Shown in pieces: positions 54,467 through 58,609 of a stretch of DNA of 58,609 nt. The stretch's first letter is position 1. Every line of letters begins with the position of its first letter. The stretch is from a virus (lineage: Duplodnaviria > Caudoviricetes), in IMG/VR virus record IMGVR_UViG_3300032280_000090, positions 1 to 58,609 of that record; one strand, 5' to 3'. The notes below the pieces were generated by a model. That model was given only the letters and a program-made list of their open reading frames with translations. It was not told where the DNA came from and made no database searches. The position numbers and the translations under genes were made by a program.

Positions 54467-55209
54467 TTTTCGTTAGGTGTTCGTTGTGTTATCTGAATAG
54501 ATGATTGATTGAGTTGTTCGCAATATTCACCCCATAAGAAGGCTTGTGACCACGCCATGGTCGCCCTGCGAGTGTTTGCGTAAGCCATGCTTCCCCTTGT
54601 TGTCAATGTGCCAATATTGTATCCTGTTCCTCCGTTGCGGTGTCGTGCGCTCATAGTAGACACTTTATGAGTATGCCCAAAAACTATCTTCCTTCTGTCC
54701 GGGGTGCAGTAGCTCTCGGCCATGTCTCGACTTGCCATTTCGTTGAACATCGAACCATGCGTAAAGGCTATGTCGGCTATATCAACTAACTGCTCATTGC
54801 CATCGTAGGGGATAAGCCTCGCCTTTAGCTTTTGACAAGTTTGTTCGATAGCTTCTACGATTTTGTGTGCGGCGTATGCTTTAGTTGCATTCGGGTTGGA
54901 TCTTTCGTTGAAGGCTCTCACCTCATGGTTTCCGCAAAGCACATACGGATTTTTGCATCCTGCGAGGAGTTGCTTCAAGTGGACTAGACCAGTGTCGATG
55001 TCAGGGATAAGTGGCTCTGCTTCAGAAACACCTTTCGCTCCACTCATAAGGGAAGTCAGGTCAACGAAGTCTCCTAGATGAAGAATAGTATGCGGCTTAA
55101 ACTTGTTTTTGAATTTGAGAACAGCATCCCACGCATCCTTGTCTACATACTTTGCATGACTGCAACTTACAGCCATTATTTTTTGCCATTTGTGAACGAT
55201 GTTTGCCAT
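54448..55209 (-). CDS. Calcineurin-like metallophosphoesterase
   Basis: SCSH (variant DxH), HLGDFVD, GNHE, FTHG, GHTH. Confidence 0.85.
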   Translation of the reverse strand: MANIVHKWQKIMAVSCSHAKYVDKDAWDAVLKFKNKFKPHTILHLGDFVDLTSLMSGAKGVSEAEPLIPDIDTGLVHLKQLLAGCKNPYVLCGNHEVRAFNERSNPNATKAYAAHKIVEAIEQTCQKLKARLIPYDGNEQLVDIADIAFTHGSMFNEMASRDMAESYCTPDRRKIVFGHTHKVSTMSARHRNGGTGYNIGTLTTRGSMAYANTRRATMAWSQAFLWGEYCEQLNQSSIQITQRTPNEKWHLPL

Positions 55210-55481
55210 TAGAATACTTTTTCTGTTTCTCCTTCATCCTCATCGAAATCTCCATCTATCCATTTGCCAACATGGTTTTGTATGGCGAAACCATTGCCTT
55301 TGAGTATGTGCAAATGTTGAGTTTCACCCTCGTCATTTACCCAATTCAAAAACAAAGCAGCGTTTTGAAAATGCTCAGTAATTTGAGCAAGCGATTTCTT
55401 GATTATTTCCCACTCTGCATCCGTGATATTTAGAGGCTTCGGGTGTTTCACGATGGAGTCAAATGAACTAAATGACTTCAT
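55209..55481 (-). CDS. Hypothetical protein
   Basis: 90-aa coupled ORF. Confidence 0.6.
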   Translation of the reverse strand: MKSFSSFDSIVKHPKPLNITDAEWEIIKKSLAQITEHFQNAALFLNWVNDEGETQHLHILKGNGFAIQNHVGKWIDGDFDEDEGETEKVF

Positions 55482-55495
55482 GCGTCAACTCATTT

Positions 55496-56107
55496 CTACG
55501 CACACGAAGATACTAAATTCGCTTCTGCGTCCCTTCTTTTAAGAAGCCCTTCCATATTCTTTCCCTCCCAAAGACGCTTCATTTGACGGATTTCCTTGGC
55601 AATGGCGTGGTAGTTTTTTGTAGGAACGAGGTTGCGTATTGCTCGCATTTCTTCCCTAGATTTTCCCGAGAGGCTTCCTCCACGATTAAAAACAAGTGAT
55701 ACAAGTGCGCCATAAGCAGCATCACAAAGCTGATCAGATTGAGGAAAAACCTTGTCTGTAAGCCCAGCAAACTTAGGCCAAGTTGTTTTATAAAATATGT
55801 TTTGTGATTCTTCCCATGACATTTCAATTTCTGCCTTGCGCAGAACCTTGGTATATTCCTTTCCAGCAAGTCCTGTTTTGCCACTTGCAGACTCAACTAG
55901 CTTACGCTGTTTGAATGGGAGAAACGAGAACAGGTTGGATAGCTCACTTTGCGTGTAGTAGGCGCAATCAATGCCTATCCCGATGGTAGGGCCAGACGCA
56001 CCAGCAGGCCAAGTGAACCGCTTTAGGAATTTGTTGTAGTATTGTTCGCCACCTCCCACTTCATACTCAAATATCAAGTCTAACGCCTTTTTAGATGGAG
56101 GTTTCAT
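55496..56107 (-). CDS. Endolysin (lysozyme-fold, GH24/pesticin-like)
   Basis: LIFEYEVG, SGPTIGIGID, ALVSLVFNRG, GLLKRRDAEA. Confidence 0.85.
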   Translation of the reverse strand: MKPPSKKALDLIFEYEVGGGEQYYNKFLKRFTWPAGASGPTIGIGIDCAYYTQSELSNLFSFLPFKQRKLVESASGKTGLAGKEYTKVLRKAEIEMSWEESQNIFYKTTWPKFAGLTDKVFPQSDQLCDAAYGALVSLVFNRGGSLSGKSREEMRAIRNLVPTKNYHAIAKEIRQMKRLWEGKNMEGLLKRRDAEANLVSSCA

Positions 56108-56426
56108 AGTCGTCCTCTTTTGCGTTATGCGTAATTCGTTCTGATATATCCTGCTTAACTCTGGTTATAGTAGAAACAACCTCTTGGATTTGATTAGTTC
56201 CCATTTTCCAATCGTAAACCATTCTACCAGTAACAAGGAAAATCACGATAGCTCCTGTTACATACAGGGTATTTGTTGTAATTGTAACAAATCCAGCCAA
56301 CGCAACTTCTGGAAGCGTGTATAGATGGCAGATTGACCAACGCCAAGAGGCTTGAATTAATCCGATTCCGACAAGAGAAACAATTAGCCTCTGCGAGACT
56401 ACTTTGCTCAGACGAGGAATTTCCAT
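56091..56426 (-). CDS. Holin-like membrane protein
   Basis: Two hydrophobic segments; adjacent to endolysin; likely start MEIPRL. Confidence 0.55.
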   Translation of the reverse strand: MEIPRLSKVVSQRLIVSLVGIGLIQASWRWSICHLYTLPEVALAGFVTITTNTLYVTGAIVIFLVTGRMVYDWKMGTNQIQEVVSTITRVKQDISERITHNAKEDDYETSI

Positions 56427-56779
56427 GAGGTCTTGATCCCGATGTATCCGACAACGCAAACTACTGAAAAGATTGCGATGCCTCTCCAGAGCCAAAGCTC
56501 TCTTAACGCTTTAATCTGTTTCTCGTGCCAGTAAATTGCATCCTCTTCCGCTTTAGCGAGTAGGGAGGTCTGCTTCTCCACTTTGATTTGATAATCCGTG
56601 ATCGACTTCTGGAGGTCTGCGTATGCCTCTTTTCCCTCTGGACGAACATAAGGAGCAACCCTAGCCACATTTCGGTGGACTTCTGCACTTGATGGAGGAG
56701 TGTAATGATTTTCTTCATGGTGAGCGCAACCGACTACACAAAACATTGCACTTACCGAAATGATTTGTAGAGCCTTCAT
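56408..56779 (-). CDS. Lipoprotein with a C-terminal TM helix (unimolecular spanin candidate)
   Basis: Signal peptide ending VVG|C lipobox, coiled coil, C-terminal TM GIAIFSVVCVVGYIGI. Confidence 0.6.
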   Translation of the reverse strand: MKALQIISVSAMFCVVGCAHHEENHYTPPSSAEVHRNVARVAPYVRPEGKEAYADLQKSITDYQIKVEKQTSLLAKAEEDAIYWHEKQIKALRELWLWRGIAIFSVVCVVGYIGIKTSWKFLV

Positions 56780-56961
56780 TTGTTCTTTCTCCTCTCTTTA
56801 AGTATCTTATCAAGAGTCAAGACAGCGATAATTAATCCGATAACCAGAGAAGAGATCCGCAACCATGTCTCAATGTGCGGAAGCAAACTTATGACGGTAG
56901 CTCCTAGTGAGGTTGCTGTTCCGATTATTCCATTAGAAATTGTTGTGTCAGGATGGTTCAT
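56776..56961 (-). CDS. Small holin-like membrane protein
   Basis: Two hydrophobic helices and basic C-terminus KERRKNK. Confidence 0.6.
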   Translation of the reverse strand: MNHPDTTISNGIIGTATSLGATVISLLPHIETWLRISSLVIGLIIAVLTLDKILKERRKNK

Positions 56962-57190
56962 CTTCTGTTGTGTCTGGAATCCAAGTTGGCTCTCCTTTGT
57001 ATGGAGAAAGCGATGAAAGAAAAGGAATATATGGCGACCAAAACTTGTCGTCTGGAAACGCTAGCTTGTCAGCATTTGTAAGGATTACCCCATCTATCGT
57101 TGTTTTGGTAATGCAAACACGATCAGAATAACGAGCGTTGATCTCGTCTAGTTCTGAAATTCGATCTGATGGAATGATTAGAAACTTCAT
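56948..57190 (-). CDS. Hypothetical protein
   Basis: 80-aa coupled ORF. Confidence 0.55.
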   Translation of the reverse strand: MKFLIIPSDRISELDEINARYSDRVCITKTTIDGVILTNADKLAFPDDKFWSPYIPFLSSLSPYKGEPTWIPDTTEDEPS

Positions 57191-58119
57191 TATGTCAAAG
57201 AATCAATAGCGTTCTTAATAATCTGATTATACGCTTGGAAGTTACTTGTTATATTAAATCCACCTGTGGCTCTCGATGCCATCGAATAATAACCTATTTT
57301 CCCATTATAGTATCCAGTACTTGCCGCCCTAGAAAATATGTTTATCCCTGAGTTCAAAGCACCCGCTCCTGCGCCTGCTCCTGCTGGTGAGGAAGCAGTA
57401 GTATAATCGAAAGTAGCAATCGTTCCATTTCCACCCGAAGAAATTCTAGTTCCACTATAACAGGCTACCCTGTTGCCTACTGGTGGTAATGTGATAATCT
57501 GCACACCAGCATTTTCTGAAAAGCAAAATCTTGGATTTGGAGCAGTAGAAGTTCCTCTTTTAAACCCAAAATCTTGATTACTTGCTGATGCTGTGCCTAT
57601 TAGAAATCTTTGAATTTGATCGGAGGGAGTCACATAAAGGTCACGAAAATCGGTTGTTGCAATAGTCAAAACTCTTTGAGTGGCACCAGCCGCAATGTTA
57701 GTTGGGGTTATGTTTGTTTGTATGTTTTTATCTGTTTCGTTGCCAGTTAACCCATTAAATTTGTCATAATCTGAAGAAGTAAATCCGCCATTTATTGCGG
57801 AATAGCTTCCTCTTCCTGCCATTGGCACAAAACATCCTTGGTATGCGGAATCAGAACCATTATCAAAACCACAAAGGAATCCAGCCATCCTAATTCCTGA
57901 CCAGAAGTTTAATCCTGTTGGATTAAGTGTGCTATTCGGCAGGATTCCTTTTAGATCCAGAATGCAGTTGTTGAATACATCTTTATTGGCAGAACTAATA
58001 GATGCTCCAGCCGATTCAACTGCGGAAAACCATGCTGCGGCATCAGCGTCATACGAAGGGCCACTCGGCCCACCTATAAACGGATAATTAATACTAGCCT
58101 TTAGTGACAGGCTCGGCAT
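57190..58119 (-). CDS. Putative virion structural / head fibre protein
   Basis: YDADAAAWFSAVESAG N-terminus; G/S/T-rich beta region. Confidence 0.6.
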   Translation of the reverse strand: MPSLSLKASINYPFIGGPSGPSYDADAAAWFSAVESAGASISSANKDVFNNCILDLKGILPNSTLNPTGLNFWSGIRMAGFLCGFDNGSDSAYQGCFVPMAGRGSYSAINGGFTSSDYDKFNGLTGNETDKNIQTNITPTNIAAGATQRVLTIATTDFRDLYVTPSDQIQRFLIGTASASNQDFGFKRGTSTAPNPRFCFSENAGVQIITLPPVGNRVACYSGTRISSGGNGTIATFDYTTASSPAGAGAGAGALNSGINIFSRAASTGYYNGKIGYYSMASRATGGFNITSNFQAYNQIIKNAIDSLT

Positions 58120-58122
58120 GAC

Positions 58123-58497
58123 TTAGGATGTGTAAGCCACTACAGAAGTTCCAGCACCAGTTGTGAAGCTGGTAGTATTTCCGTACAGGACGAAACCAGC
58201 AGGGAAAGTAACGCCAGTAACAGTTCCAGTAATGTTGCCAGCGTAGGCAGTAAGCGTTCCGCTAGTTACAAACTGGAGTGCGTACCAAGTGCCAGCTCCA
58301 GATTCAGTAGAAGCAGGTACGATTGCGCCTCCGTTAGCTCCAGAGTTGTGATCGGATACATTCTGAAGTGATGGGAAATTACTTACCGAAACCACTGCTC
58401 CTCCACCACCTTCGCCAGCGATGTCGTAAAGTGCCTGAAGTGCGAGTTGGTAGAAGGTTGAAGTCGGGATTGTGGATGGAATTGTGAGGAGTGGCAT
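58123..58497 (-). CDS. Putative virion structural protein
   Basis: WYALQF...GVTFPAGFVLYG..TSF beta-rich protein. Confidence 0.6.
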   Translation of the reverse strand: MPLLTIPSTIPTSTFYQLALQALYDIAGEGGGGAVVSVSNFPSLQNVSDHNSGANGGAIVPASTESGAGTWYALQFVTSGTLTAYAGNITGTVTGVTFPAGFVLYGNTTSFTTGAGTSVVAYTS

Positions 58498-58501
58498 AAT
58501 T

Positions 58502-58609
58502 TTAGGAGAGTTGGCTGATAGAAATTTTTGCTGAAGGGCTAGCAGGGCGGGTTGGATTTGTTCCTGCTGGAGTATATGTCAACTGAATTGCATTTGCTGG
58601 ACTGACATC
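58502..58609 (-). CDS. 3' part of the junction-spanning ORF starting at 213
   Basis: 36 codons in frame ending TAA at 58502-58504. Confidence 0.65.
   Translation of the reverse strand, partial: DVSPANAIQLTYTPAGTNPTRPASPSAKISISQLS

Noticed and set aside
466-57131. The many plus-strand and alternate-frame ORFs of 60-170 aa in the ORF track
   Set aside because: They are antisense or frame shadows of longer minus-strand genes and show no recognisable motifs

Overview
The window looks like a complete, circular ~58.6 kb tailed dsDNA bacteriophage genome. An ORF reads in frame across the end/start junction, and essentially all credible genes lie on the minus strand. Gene order and ejection-type proteins suggest a podovirus-like virion. 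Transcription order (high to low coordinate): lysis cassette; tail fibre, adaptor and stabilisation genes; internal virion proteins, including a 2241-aa polyvalent protein with an ADP-ribosyltransferase-like domain; an ERV1/ALR sulfhydryl-oxidase fusion; an early region with repeated promoters and a T7 Ocr-like DNA mimic; recombination and replication genes (annealase, PD-(D/E)xK nuclease, SSB, RusA, DUF1376 initiator with iterons, DnaC-like loader); terS/terL; tRNA-Gln; a ~600-bp non-coding array of different palindromes; a tRNA-like RNA with a shortened anticodon loop; a ParB-TET/JBP-glycosyltransferase DNA-modification cassette; portal; scaffold; four glycosyltransferase-like genes plus a methyltransferase; a structured RNA leader; and the major capsid protein. 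I recognised no polymerase, helicase, integrase or C5 DNA methyltransferase. The best candidates for new biology are (1) a phage-encoded disulfide-formation system (ERV/ALR oxidase plus Cys-rich virion proteins), (2) the mixed palindrome 'operator' array, (3) TET plus glycosyltransferase without a cognate methylase, (4) probable capsid glycosylation, and (5) the tRNA-like RNA lacking a normal anticodon loop. All protein calls come from motif recognition by eye; no searches were run.
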